Shown: positions 11,694-21,599, counted from the first letter of the stretch. The stretch: 64,000 nucleotides of DNA from an uncultured Acidobacteriota bacterium (GCA_963805975.1 CAWDVR010000006.1:224001-288000), one strand, 5' to 3'. A program made the numbers and translations. Notes: generated by a model not told the origin, from the letters alone.

Positions 11694-14642
11694 ATGCGCC
11701 GACTGCACGTTTTCACTCTCGCTCTGGCCGTGCTGGTCGCGGCCGGTCCGCTCGCCGCCGGCGACTTTCCCCAGACGGTCGCCTTCCGCGGTGAGGCCCT
11801 GGATGCTTCGGGGCTGCCGCTCGCGGGCAGCCACGACCTGACGTTTCGCTACTTCGACGGCTCCGGCAACGAGCTCTTCGCCGAGCGGCTGGCGGGCGTG
11901 ACCGTAGCGAGCGGTGCGTTCACCGTCGAGCTTGGCACCGGGCGCGCGGCCGGTCATGGCCGCTTCGCGTCGCTCGAGGCGGTCTTCGCCGCCCACCCCG
12001 AGGTGCAGATGGAGGTGGCTGTCGACGGCATCGTCCAGGAGCCGCGCCTGGGTATTCTGCCTGCCGGCCACTCGCTCAAATCGGCGCTGGTCGCCGCCGG
12101 CGTTCGCCCGGCGCAGGACAACGAAGTTCACTGGAAGGGCTACGAATCCAAGAGCACCGCGACCGCCTTCCAGTCCGGCATCCTGGCGCCCCAGGGAACC
12201 CGGCCCCAGGACCCGAACGTCGAGGGCTCGGTGTGGCGCCGCCCGTACACCCTGCCGGTGATCGGCCCCAGCCTCTCCCCCGAGGTTCGCTCTCTGCCCA
12301 TCGCGCGGCCCAAGCCGCTGGCCGCGGACGGCGTCGAGATCAACCGTCCTCGCCACGAGAGCCTGTTCGACGCCAACGGCCACCGCTTCGGCACCACTAC
12401 CGAGAGAATCGACGATTACCTGGCCAACGCGCCCCTGACCGCCACGCGCACCCCGCCCTTGAGCGCCAGCTTCGAGGGCATCAACAACGTCAGCGGCGTG
12501 CTGCCTCCCGATACCGAGATGGCGGTGGGCCCGAACCACGTCGTGCAGGTGGTGAACCTGGTCTTCGCGGTCTACAACAAGTCCGGCACGCTCCTCGCCG
12601 GCCCGTCGAACACCAACACGCTCTGGGCCGGCTTCGGCGGCCCCTGCCAGACCGATAACAGCGGCGACCCCATTTTCCTCTACGACCGCCAGGCGGATCG
12701 CTTCGTGCTGACGCAGTTCGCGGTCGCGGCCGGGCACCGTTCGGTGTGCTTCGCCGTGTCGCAGACCTCGAACCCGCTGGGTGCCTACTACCGTTACGAG
12801 GTGGTCACCCCGCGCTTCCCGGACTACTTCAAGGTCGGCACTTGGCCGGCAGCGAATCACAACGCCTATTTCTTCGGCACCAACTCCGGCTTCCAGTCCC
12901 AGTACGACGTCTTCGCCGTCGACCGCCAGAACATGCTCCTGGGCCTGCCTGCCCGGCCCATGCAGTTCTTCCAGAACTTCACCAACCTGATGATGCCGGC
13001 GGATGCCGATGGCCCGGTAGGCCCCGGGGCCAGCTCTCCCGGCCTGATCTACAACTTCAAGAAGGGCGGCGAGCCCTATTTCGGCAGCCCCCCGACCGAC
13101 CGCATCGACGTCTACTCCTTCGCCGTCAACTGGACGACCCCGGCCTCCACCACCCTGACCCTCACCAACACACTCACCCCGGCGCCCTTCAACTGGACGG
13201 TGTGCGGCTTCTTCGTGCAGAACTGCATTCCGCAGCCGGGCACGGCGCAGGGCCTCGACAGTGCTTCGTGGTGGCCGATGCAGCGCCTGGTCTACCGCAA
13301 CTTCGGCAGTCACGAGACCTTGGTGGGTAGCTGGACGGTGGACGTCAACGTCACCCCGAACCGCGCCGCGCCGCGCTGGTTCGAGCTGCGCAATACCGGC
13401 GGCGGCTGGTCGATCTTCCAGCAGGGCACGCACTCGCCGGACGCCATCCACCGCTGGATGCCGTCGGTCGCCATGGACGGCACCGGCAACATCGCCATCG
13501 GCTACAGCCGGGGTGACGCCGCCAACTTCGCCTCGCTCTACTACGCCACGCACGAGACCACGGACGCGCTCGGCACCATGCAGGCCGAAGCGGTGCTCTT
13601 CGCCGCCAGCGGTTCTCAAACCCACTCGGCGGCCCGGTGGGGCGACTACTCCTCGATGGAGATCGACCCTGCCGACGACTGCACGTTCTGGTACACCTCC
13701 GAGTACCTGGCGGCAACCGGCAGCGCCCCGTGGCGCACCCGCGTCGGCTCTTTCAAGCTCGCGAGCTGCGGCGGCGGTGGCGGCAACACGCCGCCGGTGG
13801 TGGCGATCACCGCACCGGCCAACGGCTCGAGCTTCGCCTCCGGCACCTCGGTGACCTTCACCGGCACGGCAAACGATGCCCAGGACGGCAACCTCTCCGC
13901 GGGCCTCGCCTGGACCTCGTCGATCAACGGTGCGATCGGCAGCGGCGCCTCGTTCTCGACCTCGGCCCTGTCGGTAGGTTCCCACACCATCACCGCCTCG
14001 GTGACGGATTCGGGTGGCCTGCCCGGCTCGGCCGCGATCACCGTCAACATCACCAGCACGACACCCGTGACGGTGACCTTCACCTCGATCGCGGCAGAGG
14101 ACGGCCGCATCCCGGAATCCGGCGAGAACACCAACGTCGGCGGCACCGCCAACTCGAACGGCACCGGCACCGCCGCCTTGCGAGTGGGCGACACCAACCA
14201 GGATCGACAGCTCCGGACGATTCTCTCGTTCGACACCAGCTCGATCCCGGATACCGCCACCGTCACCGCCGCCACGGTGCAGCTCCGGCGTGGCAGCCTC
14301 ACCGGCACCAACCCGTTCGGCACTCACGGCTCCTGCCAGTTGGCCATCGTCACCGGCGCCTTCGGCGGCGCCAACGCCCTGGCCAACGCCGACTTCCAGA
14401 ATGCCGCCACCGTCAACAACGTCGGCACGCTGTCCAACCCGGCCGCGAACGGCGCCACCTCCACGTCGACCCTGAATGCCGCCGGCCGGGCGGCGATCAA
14501 CAAGACCGGCCGCACGCAGTTCCGGGCCGCCTTCACGCTCGACGACAACGACGACACCGGCAACGACTACATCGGCTTCCACAGCGGCAACGACGCCACC
14601 GCCGCCAACCGGCCGATCTTGGTGGTGACGTACACGCCGTAG
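11694..14642 (+). CDS. Large secreted multidomain protein, paralog 2 (~982 aa)
   Basis: AAGGAGG RBS before ATG 11694; same core as paralog 1 with one Ig-like module and no Cys-rich insert. Confidence 0.85.
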   Translation: MRRLHVFTLALAVLVAAGPLAAGDFPQTVAFRGEALDASGLPLAGSHDLTFRYFDGSGNELFAERLAGVTVASGAFTVELGTGRAAGHGRFASLEAVFAAHPEVQMEVAVDGIVQEPRLGILPAGHSLKSALVAAGVRPAQDNEVHWKGYESKSTATAFQSGILAPQGTRPQDPNVEGSVWRRPYTLPVIGPSLSPEVRSLPIARPKPLAADGVEINRPRHESLFDANGHRFGTTTERIDDYLANAPLTATRTPPLSASFEGINNVSGVLPPDTEMAVGPNHVVQVVNLVFAVYNKSGTLLAGPSNTNTLWAGFGGPCQTDNSGDPIFLYDRQADRFVLTQFAVAAGHRSVCFAVSQTSNPLGAYYRYEVVTPRFPDYFKVGTWPAANHNAYFFGTNSGFQSQYDVFAVDRQNMLLGLPARPMQFFQNFTNLMMPADADGPVGPGASSPGLIYNFKKGGEPYFGSPPTDRIDVYSFAVNWTTPASTTLTLTNTLTPAPFNWTVCGFFVQNCIPQPGTAQGLDSASWWPMQRLVYRNFGSHETLVGSWTVDVNVTPNRAAPRWFELRNTGGGWSIFQQGTHSPDAIHRWMPSVAMDGTGNIAIGYSRGDAANFASLYYATHETTDALGTMQAEAVLFAASGSQTHSAARWGDYSSMEIDPADDCTFWYTSEYLAATGSAPWRTRVGSFKLASCGGGGGNTPPVVAITAPANGSSFASGTSVTFTGTANDAQDGNLSAGLAWTSSINGAIGSGASFSTSALSVGSHTITASVTDSGGLPGSAAITVNITSTTPVTVTFTSIAAEDGRIPESGENTNVGGTANSNGTGTAALRVGDTNQDRQLRTILSFDTSSIPDTATVTAATVQLRRGSLTGTNPFGTHGSCQLAIVTGAFGGANALANADFQNAATVNNVGTLSNPAANGATSTSTLNAAGRAAINKTGRTQFRAAFTLDDNDDTGNDYIGFHSGNDATAANRPILVVTYTP

Positions 14643-14668
14643 CCGCCCGCCTTTTCTCCGCTACCATC

Positions 14669-14700
14669 GAGCCCGGCCGCGGGGCCGGGCTTCCTTTCGT
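14669..14700 (+). terminator. Probable intrinsic terminator
   Basis: GAGCCCGGCC-GCGG-GGCCGGGCTT followed by CCTTTCGT. Confidence 0.55.
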
Positions 14701-14804
14701 AGGCTTGCCCGTGGGTCTCGCCCGGCGCTCCTGGCCGCGCAACCAGGAGCTATCCTCCACGTACAGAGCCGTGCCGGAAACGTCTCGAACCTCCGGGAGG
14801 AACG

Positions 14805-16349
14805 ATGGAGAACGGAAGAGCTCTTTTTCTGGCCGCGCTGCTCGTTGGGTTGGCATCCACCGCATCGGCTGCCGAGAACGCGGGGAACCAAGCCGGCCCC
14901 CCGAAGGGCGAGGCATCCAAACCCGAGCCTCCGGCCCCGCCTCCACCGCGGCGCTTCGCGACCGAGCACCGCCTGGCGAGCGCCGGCACCGATCTGCGCT
15001 ACACCGCTCTCGCCGAGGACGTCTACCTGCACGACGCAGAGGGCAAGCCCACCGCGACTTTCTTCACCCTTTCCTACGTCAAGGCCGGCATGGCGCGCCC
15101 CGAAGACCGCCCCGTCACGTTCGTATTCAACGGCGGCCCGGGCTCCTCATCCGTCTGGCTGCACTTCGGGCTGGTCGGACCCAAGCTGGTGGACCTGCCG
15201 AGCGATGCGTCGGACCCTGGCGTCCCGCCGTATCGCCTGCGGGACAACCCGTGGACCATCCTGCGTGCGACGGACCTGGTGTTCGTCGACCCCGTGGGCA
15301 CCGGTTTCAGCAAGGCGCTGGGCGAGAAGAAGAACAAGGACTTCTGGGGCTTCGACGAGGACGCGGACTCGGTCGCCGAGTTCATCCGCACCTACATCAC
15401 CACTCACGACCGCTGGAACTCGCCGAAGTACCTGCTCGGCGAAAGCTACGGCGGGATCCGCATCGCGCTCCTCGTTCCCCGCCTGCAACAGAACCTCAAC
15501 ATCCGGCTGAACGGCCTGATGCTGGTCTCCCCGGCGCTCAATATGGGCACGCTTCCGTTCTCTATCGCCGGCAACGACCTGCCGTACGCCACGCACCTTC
15601 CCGCCTACGCCGCCAGCGCCTACTACCACAAGCAGCTGCCGGACCCGTGGCCGAGCCTCGAGGCGCTGCTCTCCGAGGTGGAGGCCTTCGCGGGTGGAGA
15701 GTACCTGGCGGCGCTGTTCCAGGGGGACGCGCTCGGCCCGGAGGAGAAGGGGCGGATCGCCGATCGCCTCCACCGCTACACGGGCCTCTCGCGGCAATAC
15801 CTGTTGCGATCGAATCTGCGCATCGACACCCTGCGCTTCCTCAAGGAGCTGCTGCGCGAGGAAGGCAAGGCGGTCGGCCTGCTCGACGGCCGATATGCGC
15901 AGGACGAGCTCGACCAGGTGGCTGCCTACTCCCAGAGCGACCCGTTCTCGGCCAAGACCAGCCCGGTCTATGTCGCCACCTTTCAGAGCTACCTGCGGAA
16001 CGAGCTCGATGTCGACTTAGAGCAGCGCTACATCGACTCCAGTGATGAAGCGAACCAGAGCTGGAAGCGCCCTGCCGGTGGCAACGACTCCTTCTCCGGC
16101 TACGTGGACGTGACCCGCGACCTGGCCCAGGGCACCAAGGACAACGAGGCGCTGCGGGTGTTCTCGGCCGGTGGCTACCACGACCTCACCACCTCATACT
16201 TCGCCACCGAGTACATGCTCCGCCACAGCAGCATCGATCCGGCCCGGCTCACGATCAAGAACTACGACGGCGGCCACATGATGTATCTCCACCAGCCGTC
16301 GCTCGAAGCGCTCTCCAACGACCTCGTGGGATTCATCCAGGGGCGGTGA
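14805..16349 (+). CDS. S10-family serine carboxypeptidase, secreted
   Basis: FNGGPGSSS, DPVGTGFS, GESYGG nucleophile, GYHDL, GGHMMY. Confidence 0.93.
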   Translation: MENGRALFLAALLVGLASTASAAENAGNQAGPPKGEASKPEPPAPPPPRRFATEHRLASAGTDLRYTALAEDVYLHDAEGKPTATFFTLSYVKAGMARPEDRPVTFVFNGGPGSSSVWLHFGLVGPKLVDLPSDASDPGVPPYRLRDNPWTILRATDLVFVDPVGTGFSKALGEKKNKDFWGFDEDADSVAEFIRTYITTHDRWNSPKYLLGESYGGIRIALLVPRLQQNLNIRLNGLMLVSPALNMGTLPFSIAGNDLPYATHLPAYAASAYYHKQLPDPWPSLEALLSEVEAFAGGEYLAALFQGDALGPEEKGRIADRLHRYTGLSRQYLLRSNLRIDTLRFLKELLREEGKAVGLLDGRYAQDELDQVAAYSQSDPFSAKTSPVYVATFQSYLRNELDVDLEQRYIDSSDEANQSWKRPAGGNDSFSGYVDVTRDLAQGTKDNEALRVFSAGGYHDLTTSYFATEYMLRHSSIDPARLTIKNYDGGHMMYLHQPSLEALSNDLVGFIQGR

Positions 16350-16939
16350 TGGCTCCAGCGCGCCGCCCGCAGCTCGTCATCTCGTGTCACGCTGATACCG
16401 GATTTGCTTCGCATCGACTGCGGCTTACGCATGCCGGGGACTATTTCGGCCATCTCGACAACTTCGTCGGCGTCTATGCCGTGATGCAGGCCTTCTTCAG
16501 CGGCCGGCTCGACCACGACCACGTGCGCATCGAGCTGACCGCCGGCGAGGAAACCGACCTGGCCGGCGCCTACGCCGTGCTGGAGAGCCTGATCCCCGAG
16601 GACGTCGTGGTGGTGGTGGACGTGACCGGGACGGTGACGGAGCGCGACCTGGTGATCGAGAAATGTGCCAGCGACGCGATGCAACGGTTCGTGCACGGGG
16701 CGCTCGCCGGCCTTTCCTACGAGCTCTTCGCCGGCTGCCCGGACCCGATCTCGGACGCCGACGAAAGCGACGTCTACCGGCAGCTCACCGACAACGTGTT
16801 CTTCCTCGGCATTCCCTGCCGCGGCGGTGACTACAACGAGATCATGGTCGAGGCCCGGCGGAGCAGCGTGAGCGCCGCCGCGGAGGCGATCCTGCGGCTG
16901 GCGGCGGCGTTCGCACTGCAGGGAAGGGAAAGGCTGTGA
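16346..16939 (+). CDS. Short Zn-exopeptidase-fold protein (M20/M28/M42-like)
   Basis: HAD, GHLDN, GEE and VDV motifs in the expected order; overlaps both neighbours. Confidence 0.55.
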   Translation: MMAPARRPQLVISCHADTGFASHRLRLTHAGDYFGHLDNFVGVYAVMQAFFSGRLDHDHVRIELTAGEETDLAGAYAVLESLIPEDVVVVVDVTGTVTERDLVIEKCASDAMQRFVHGALAGLSYELFAGCPDPISDADESDVYRQLTDNVFFLGIPCRGGDYNEIMVEARRSSVSAAAEAILRLAAAFALQGRERL

Positions 16940-18309
16940 CCGATCTCACCAAGGGCTCTATCCACGGCCATGTGGGGCGCCTGACGGGCGTGATCCTGTT
17001 CGGGATGGTCTTCCAGACGCTCTATTACCTGGTCGACCTCTACTTCGTGGCCCAGGTGGGCAGCGCCGCGGTGGCGGCGGTGGGCCTCTCGGGCAACCTG
17101 ATGCTGGTGACCCTGGCGCTCACCCAGGCGCTGACCATCGGCACCACGGCCCTGGTCTCCCATGCCTGGGGACGAAAGGACTTCGCCGAAGCCCGCCGCG
17201 TGTTCAACCAGTCGCAGGTGCTGGCGAGCGCGGTCGGTGTGCTGTTCGTTGTGGTGGCCTTCGCGCTGCGCGGCCGGTTCGCCGCCGGCCTTTCCGCCGA
17301 CGCGGCCACCGCCCAGGCGGTGCGCGACTACCTGGACTGGTTCCTGCCCACGATGGGAGTGCAGTTCCTGCTGGTGGCCATGGCCGCGGCGTTGCGTGGC
17401 GCGGGCGAGGTCAAGGTGCCGATGCTGGTACAGGTGGTGGCGGTGGTGATCAACACCGTGCTCGCCCCGGTCCTGATCGTGGGCTGGGGCACGGGCCGGC
17501 CGCTGGGCGTGGCCGGCGCCGGCCTCGCGACCTTCGTCTCGATCTGCGTGGGAGCGCTCTGGCTGGTGCTCTGGCTGCGCAAGCGGCACGACGTACTGCG
17601 TTTCGAGCCTCACCATTGGCGGCCGGACCTGGCGCTTTGGCGCCGGATGCTCGCCATCGGCCTGCCCACCGGCGGTGAGTTCCTGTTGATGTCGGTCTAC
17701 GCCACCCTGATCTACGGCCTGATCCGCGGTTTCGGCGCCGAGGCACAGGCGGGCTTCGGTGTGGGCATGCGGATCCTGCAGACCGGCTTCATGCCGGCGC
17801 TGGCGGTGGCGTTCGCGGTGGCTCCCATCGCCGGCCAGAACTTCGGCGCCGGGCAGTTCCAGCGGGTGCGGGAGACCTTCGTTGCCGGATTGATCTGGGT
17901 GAGCGCCATGATGCTGCTGTTCATGGCCCTGTGCCACATCTCGCCCGCGGCCCTGATCCGGCCCTTTGCCAGCGATCCCGAGGTGGTGGCGGTCGGCACC
18001 GAGATGCTGGGCATCCTGTCGTTCAACTTCCTGGCGGCCGGCGTGGTGTTCGTCGCCGGCGGCCTGTTCCAGGCGCTGGGTAATACAGTGCCCTCGCTCA
18101 TCGCCTCGGCCTCGCGCATCCTGCTCTTCGCGATCCCGGCCCTGGTCATAGCCCGCCAGCCCTGGTTCGATCTTCATCATCTGTGGTGGCTTTCGGTGGC
18201 CTCGGTTCTTTGCCAGGTGGGGCTCGCTCTGGCCTTGCTACGGCGCGAGCTGCGGCGCCGCGCTCCGGTTGCCTCGGGGGAGGCGCTGCCCGCCGAGACC
18301 CTGGGTTAG
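16936..18309 (+). CDS. MATE-family efflux transporter
   Basis: DLTKGSI start, VDLYFVAQVG, GQNFGAG, ~12 TM. Confidence 0.93.
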   Translation: MTDLTKGSIHGHVGRLTGVILFGMVFQTLYYLVDLYFVAQVGSAAVAAVGLSGNLMLVTLALTQALTIGTTALVSHAWGRKDFAEARRVFNQSQVLASAVGVLFVVVAFALRGRFAAGLSADAATAQAVRDYLDWFLPTMGVQFLLVAMAAALRGAGEVKVPMLVQVVAVVINTVLAPVLIVGWGTGRPLGVAGAGLATFVSICVGALWLVLWLRKRHDVLRFEPHHWRPDLALWRRMLAIGLPTGGEFLLMSVYATLIYGLIRGFGAEAQAGFGVGMRILQTGFMPALAVAFAVAPIAGQNFGAGQFQRVRETFVAGLIWVSAMMLLFMALCHISPAALIRPFASDPEVVAVGTEMLGILSFNFLAAGVVFVAGGLFQALGNTVPSLIASASRILLFAIPALVIARQPWFDLHHLWWLSVASVLCQVGLALALLRRELRRRAPVASGEALPAETLG

Positions 18310-18312
18310 AGG

Positions 18313-18717
18313 CTACAGCCCCAGCACCTCGAAACGGCCGTACTGCTGGAAGTGGTGGTCGAAGGTGAAGACCGTGCGCACCGAGCGGCTCTCGGCGACG
18401 GCGAAGGAGATCGCATCGCAGAGGCTCCAGTCCTTGTCGGCATGGCGGGCGAGGATCTCCTTGGCCTTCGACTCCTCATGCGGCAGCGCCGCCACCACGG
18501 GCAGGCCGCCCGCCAGCAACCACTCCCGGGCCAGGAGTCGCCCCAGCTTGCGCAGCAGGAGGGCGTGGGCCTCCGCCTCGATGTAGTTGGTGACGAAGGC
18601 GGGGCGCTCCTCGGAGGCCAGCCGGAAGGCGAGCGCCGCCGCGGTTCGGTGGTCTGCGTCATCCGCGTCGAGCAGCGCGAGGATGGCGCTCGAGTCCCAG
18701 AGGACCGCGCTCCTCAT
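18313..18717 (-). CDS. vapC: VapC/PIN-domain toxin
   Basis: MRSAVLWDSSA...DADH...E...SLCDAISFAV...FTFDHHF; ATGA overlap with the upstream gene. Confidence 0.88.
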   Translation of the reverse strand: MRSAVLWDSSAILALLDADDADHRTAAALAFRLASEERPAFVTNYIEAEAHALLLRKLGRLLAREWLLAGGLPVVAALPHEESKAKEILARHADKDWSLCDAISFAVAESRSVRTVFTFDHHFQQYGRFEVLGL

Positions 18718-19013
18718 GCGGAGAGGATCGCGTACTTGTCGCGAGCTCCGGGCAGCGCCCCACCGCTCTTGCCAGCTCCCGCCAAACGCAAGATGGGGTG
18801 CTCTGCCGTAAGCGGGGGCAGAGCCTCTTCTCGCTCGCGGCTCCGATACAGCTCCAGTGCAGCACTCGGGATCAGGCGCCGCCCCCGCTCCCGAACCGTC
18901 GGCAGCTCGCCGCGCCGGATCATCCGCCAGATGGTCGATGCGGACACCCCGAGCGCCTCGCCGGCCTCCGCCACGTTCACAAGGTCGGTCTGCGATGGCT
19001 TCAACATGATCAT
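18714..19013 (-). CDS. Excisionase-type HTH (HTH_17) protein, putative antitoxin
   Basis: LVNVAEAGEALGVSASTIWRMIRRGELP..R..RRRLIP, followed by an antitoxin-like tail; coupled to vapC. The start may be 19007. Confidence 0.78.
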   Translation of the reverse strand: MIMLKPSQTDLVNVAEAGEALGVSASTIWRMIRRGELPTVRERGRRLIPSAALELYRSREREEALPPLTAEHPILRLAGAGKSGGALPGARDKYAILSA

Positions 19014-19060
19014 ATCGTGTCATCATCCTGTCATCCTGTCAATCCAATCATCCAGATGAC
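19008..19060 (-). promoter_or_regulatory. TA promoter/operator with repeated GGATGA motifs
   Basis: Minus-strand TTGACA (19042-19037) flanked and followed by repeated GGATGA(CA) units. Confidence 0.5.
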
Positions 19061-20581
19061 TCAGCCGAGGCGCCGGTCCAAGGCCCGGTACTGGATGGCC
19101 TCGGCCACGTGCTGGGAGCCGAGCTGGGGGGCGCCTTCGAGGTCGGCGATAGTGCGGGCGACTTTGAGCACTCTCCCGAGGGCGCGCGCCGAGAGCCCCA
19201 GCTTCTCGAAGGCGGCGTCGAGAAGGCGTTGGGCGTGGCCGTCGAGCGAGCAATGGCGCCGCAGCCCGTCGGCCCCCAGGCTGGCGTTGATCGGCGAGGA
19301 GGTGGTGGGCCCGAACCGCTCCCGTTGGATGACCCGGGCGGCCAGGATCCGCTCGGCTACCACGAAGGTTGGCTCGGCACGTTCGGTTCGCAGCTCGCGC
19401 ACACCCAGGGCCGGCACCTCGACGTGGAGGTCGATGCGGTCGAGCAACGGCCCCGAGATCCGGCGCCGATAGCGCTCGATGGCGGCCGGCGTACAGGCGC
19501 AGCGCCGGCGCGAGTCCCCCAAGTGACCGCAAGGGCAGGGGTTGAGGGCGCAGACCAGGGAGAAGCGCGCCGGGAAGCGGACGCGGCCCTGGGTACGGAC
19601 GACGGTCACCTCGCCGTCTTCGAGCGGCTGTCGCAGCCCTTCGAGCGCGGCCCGGGGAAACTCCGGCAGCTCGTCGAGAAAGAGCACGCCATTGTGCGCC
19701 AGGCTGACCTCGCCGGGACGAGGGATCGACCCGCCGCCAACCATCGCCGCGACGCTGATCCCGGTGTGCGGGCTGCGGAAGGGCCGGGTCTCGATCAGGC
19801 TGGCCGGCGGGCAGTCGGCGGCCAGCGAGTGCAGCTTGGTCACCGCGATCGCCTCGGCGTGGGTGAGCGCCGGGAGCAGGCCCGGGAGAGCCCGTGCGAG
19901 CATAGTCTTTCCCGAGCCGGGAGGGCCGATCAGCAAGAGGTTGTGCCCGCCGGCCGCCGCGATCTCCAGCGCCCGTTTGGCGGCGAGGTGGCCGCGAATC
20001 TCGGCCAGGTCGTGGGCGGTGTCGGAGCGGTAGGACGGCGGGCAGTGAGCTTCGGCAGGCGCCAGGAGGGTCTTCCCGGTGAGGTGCTCGACCGCTGCGG
20101 CGAGGCTCGCCACCGGGATGGCGCGGGCGGTGCCCAGAGCCGCCGCCTGAGCCGCGCTGGCCGCGGGCAGCAGCACCTCGCGATGGCCGAGCCGCGCCCC
20201 CAGGTCGGCGATCGACAGCGCGCCGCGGATCGGCCGCACTGCGCCGTCCAGCCCCAGCTCGCCGCACAGGAGGCGGTCCGCGAGGAGCTCCTGCGGCAGG
20301 TGGCCGAAGGCGACGAGCAGCGCCAGGGCGATCGCCAGGTCCAGATGATTGCCTTCTTTCTTGAGGTCCGCCGGAGCCAGGTTGATGACCACGGCGCGAG
20401 GGGGCAGTTCGAAGCCGCAGTTCTTGATCGCGGCGCGGACGCGGTCACGGCTCTCGCGAACGGCCGCGTCCGGCAGACCGACGAGCTGCATCTGGGGAAG
20501 CCCGAGCCGGACGTCGACCTCGACGTCGACCGCCCTGGCGTCGATTCCCCAAGGGGTGGCGGAAAGCGCTTTGGCCAGCAT
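19061..20581 (-). CDS. comM: YifB/ComM family Mg-chelatase-like AAA+ ATPase
   Basis: VGLPDAAVRES, INLAPADLKKEG, GPPGSGKT, PFRSPH, LFLDELPEF, NPCPCG, ISGPLLDRID. Confidence 0.95.
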   Translation of the reverse strand: MLAKALSATPWGIDARAVDVEVDVRLGLPQMQLVGLPDAAVRESRDRVRAAIKNCGFELPPRAVVINLAPADLKKEGNHLDLAIALALLVAFGHLPQELLADRLLCGELGLDGAVRPIRGALSIADLGARLGHREVLLPAASAAQAAALGTARAIPVASLAAAVEHLTGKTLLAPAEAHCPPSYRSDTAHDLAEIRGHLAAKRALEIAAAGGHNLLLIGPPGSGKTMLARALPGLLPALTHAEAIAVTKLHSLAADCPPASLIETRPFRSPHTGISVAAMVGGGSIPRPGEVSLAHNGVLFLDELPEFPRAALEGLRQPLEDGEVTVVRTQGRVRFPARFSLVCALNPCPCGHLGDSRRRCACTPAAIERYRRRISGPLLDRIDLHVEVPALGVRELRTERAEPTFVVAERILAARVIQRERFGPTTSSPINASLGADGLRRHCSLDGHAQRLLDAAFEKLGLSARALGRVLKVARTIADLEGAPQLGSQHVAEAIQYRALDRRLG

Positions 20582-20913
20582 TGCCGATCAAAGACGGAAA
20601 CCGCCCGTGTCCCCTTACACGCGGCGTTGCCGATCAGGATGTGAGGCATCTCACAGACGAGGGAGGCGGCCTTTCGGTAGGCTGTGCTCGTCTAAAGGTC
20701 GTGCTAGCATCCGAGCGCTCGCAGGTCGGCGAGTGGAGGCACTAAACCAAAGTGTACTGAGCCCTGTCTGTTCCACTTGGGCTGGGAGAGAATCGGAAGG
20801 CACTGGATCCGGCCCTTGCCCTGTAGACTCGGCTCACATACAATGCCGTCACGGAAATCAAGAAACCCAGGCCCGCGCCGAGGCAGGCGGGTCCGCCCTC
20901 TCGGAGGTAAAGG

Positions 20914-21555
20914 ATGAAACGGTCGACGCAACTTGCTCTTGCCCTGGGCCTGATCGGCCTCCTCTCCACGGCTTCCGCCTATGGCGCGGCCTCCTTGGCG
21001 GTGACCAACGCCGCCGCCATGAACGGCACTACCTTCGGCCTCGCGGTTTCTTTCAACGGCGTTGCCGGTGGCCCGGCGTACGTGCAGGACGCGACCCCGA
21101 ACTCGGAGGGCACGTTCAGCGCCTTCTTCTGGATCGATCCGGGCACCATGACGGCCAGCGACGCCCTGCAGCACTCGCACACCGTCTACTCGATCCACAA
21201 CCCGGACGATGGCGTCGCGGTCGTTCGCCTCGACCTCTACCGCCTCTCGGGTGGCACGATGCGCGTCCGCGCCGCCTGCCGCCTGGACGACGGCACCTAT
21301 CAGCGCACGACTCTCATCACCCTGGGCCCCGTGGGCGCTGAGCCGCCCCGCGAGGTGCAGCTCGAGTGGGGCGCGGGCGCCGGTACCGGCTTCTGCCGCA
21401 TGACCCGCTTCGGCGGCACCAACCCGAGCGTCGAGGTCACCGGCCTGGACAACGACACGCTGTCCGTCCGGCGCGCTCGCCTGGGCGCCACCTTCAGCAT
21501 CGACGCCAACGTCACCGGCACCACGTTCCTCGACGAGTACCGGTCCTTCCGGTAA
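20914..21555 (+). CDS. Secreted hypothetical beta-rich protein
   Basis: Purine-rich RBS (GGAGG..AAGG), Sec signal, alternating beta pattern, ends FLDEYRSFR. Confidence 0.75.
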   Translation: MKRSTQLALALGLIGLLSTASAYGAASLAVTNAAAMNGTTFGLAVSFNGVAGGPAYVQDATPNSEGTFSAFFWIDPGTMTASDALQHSHTVYSIHNPDDGVAVVRLDLYRLSGGTMRVRAACRLDDGTYQRTTLITLGPVGAEPPREVQLEWGAGAGTGFCRMTRFGGTNPSVEVTGLDNDTLSVRRARLGATFSIDANVTGTTFLDEYRSFR

Positions 21556-21599
21556 CGCGACCCACGCGCGCCGGTTCCACCGGCACGTGACTGCAGACG

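Noticed and set aside
18313-20581. Integrative element at comM suggested by the excisionase-like gene
   Set aside because: comM is intact, no integrase or att repeats were seen, and the HTH gene is coupled to vapC.
20582-20913. Known riboswitch or ncRNA in the long spacers (also 6317-6525, 7405-7719, 61500-61685)
   Set aside because: No recognisable consensus by eye; the lengths are explained by promoters. An Rfam scan is needed to exclude one.
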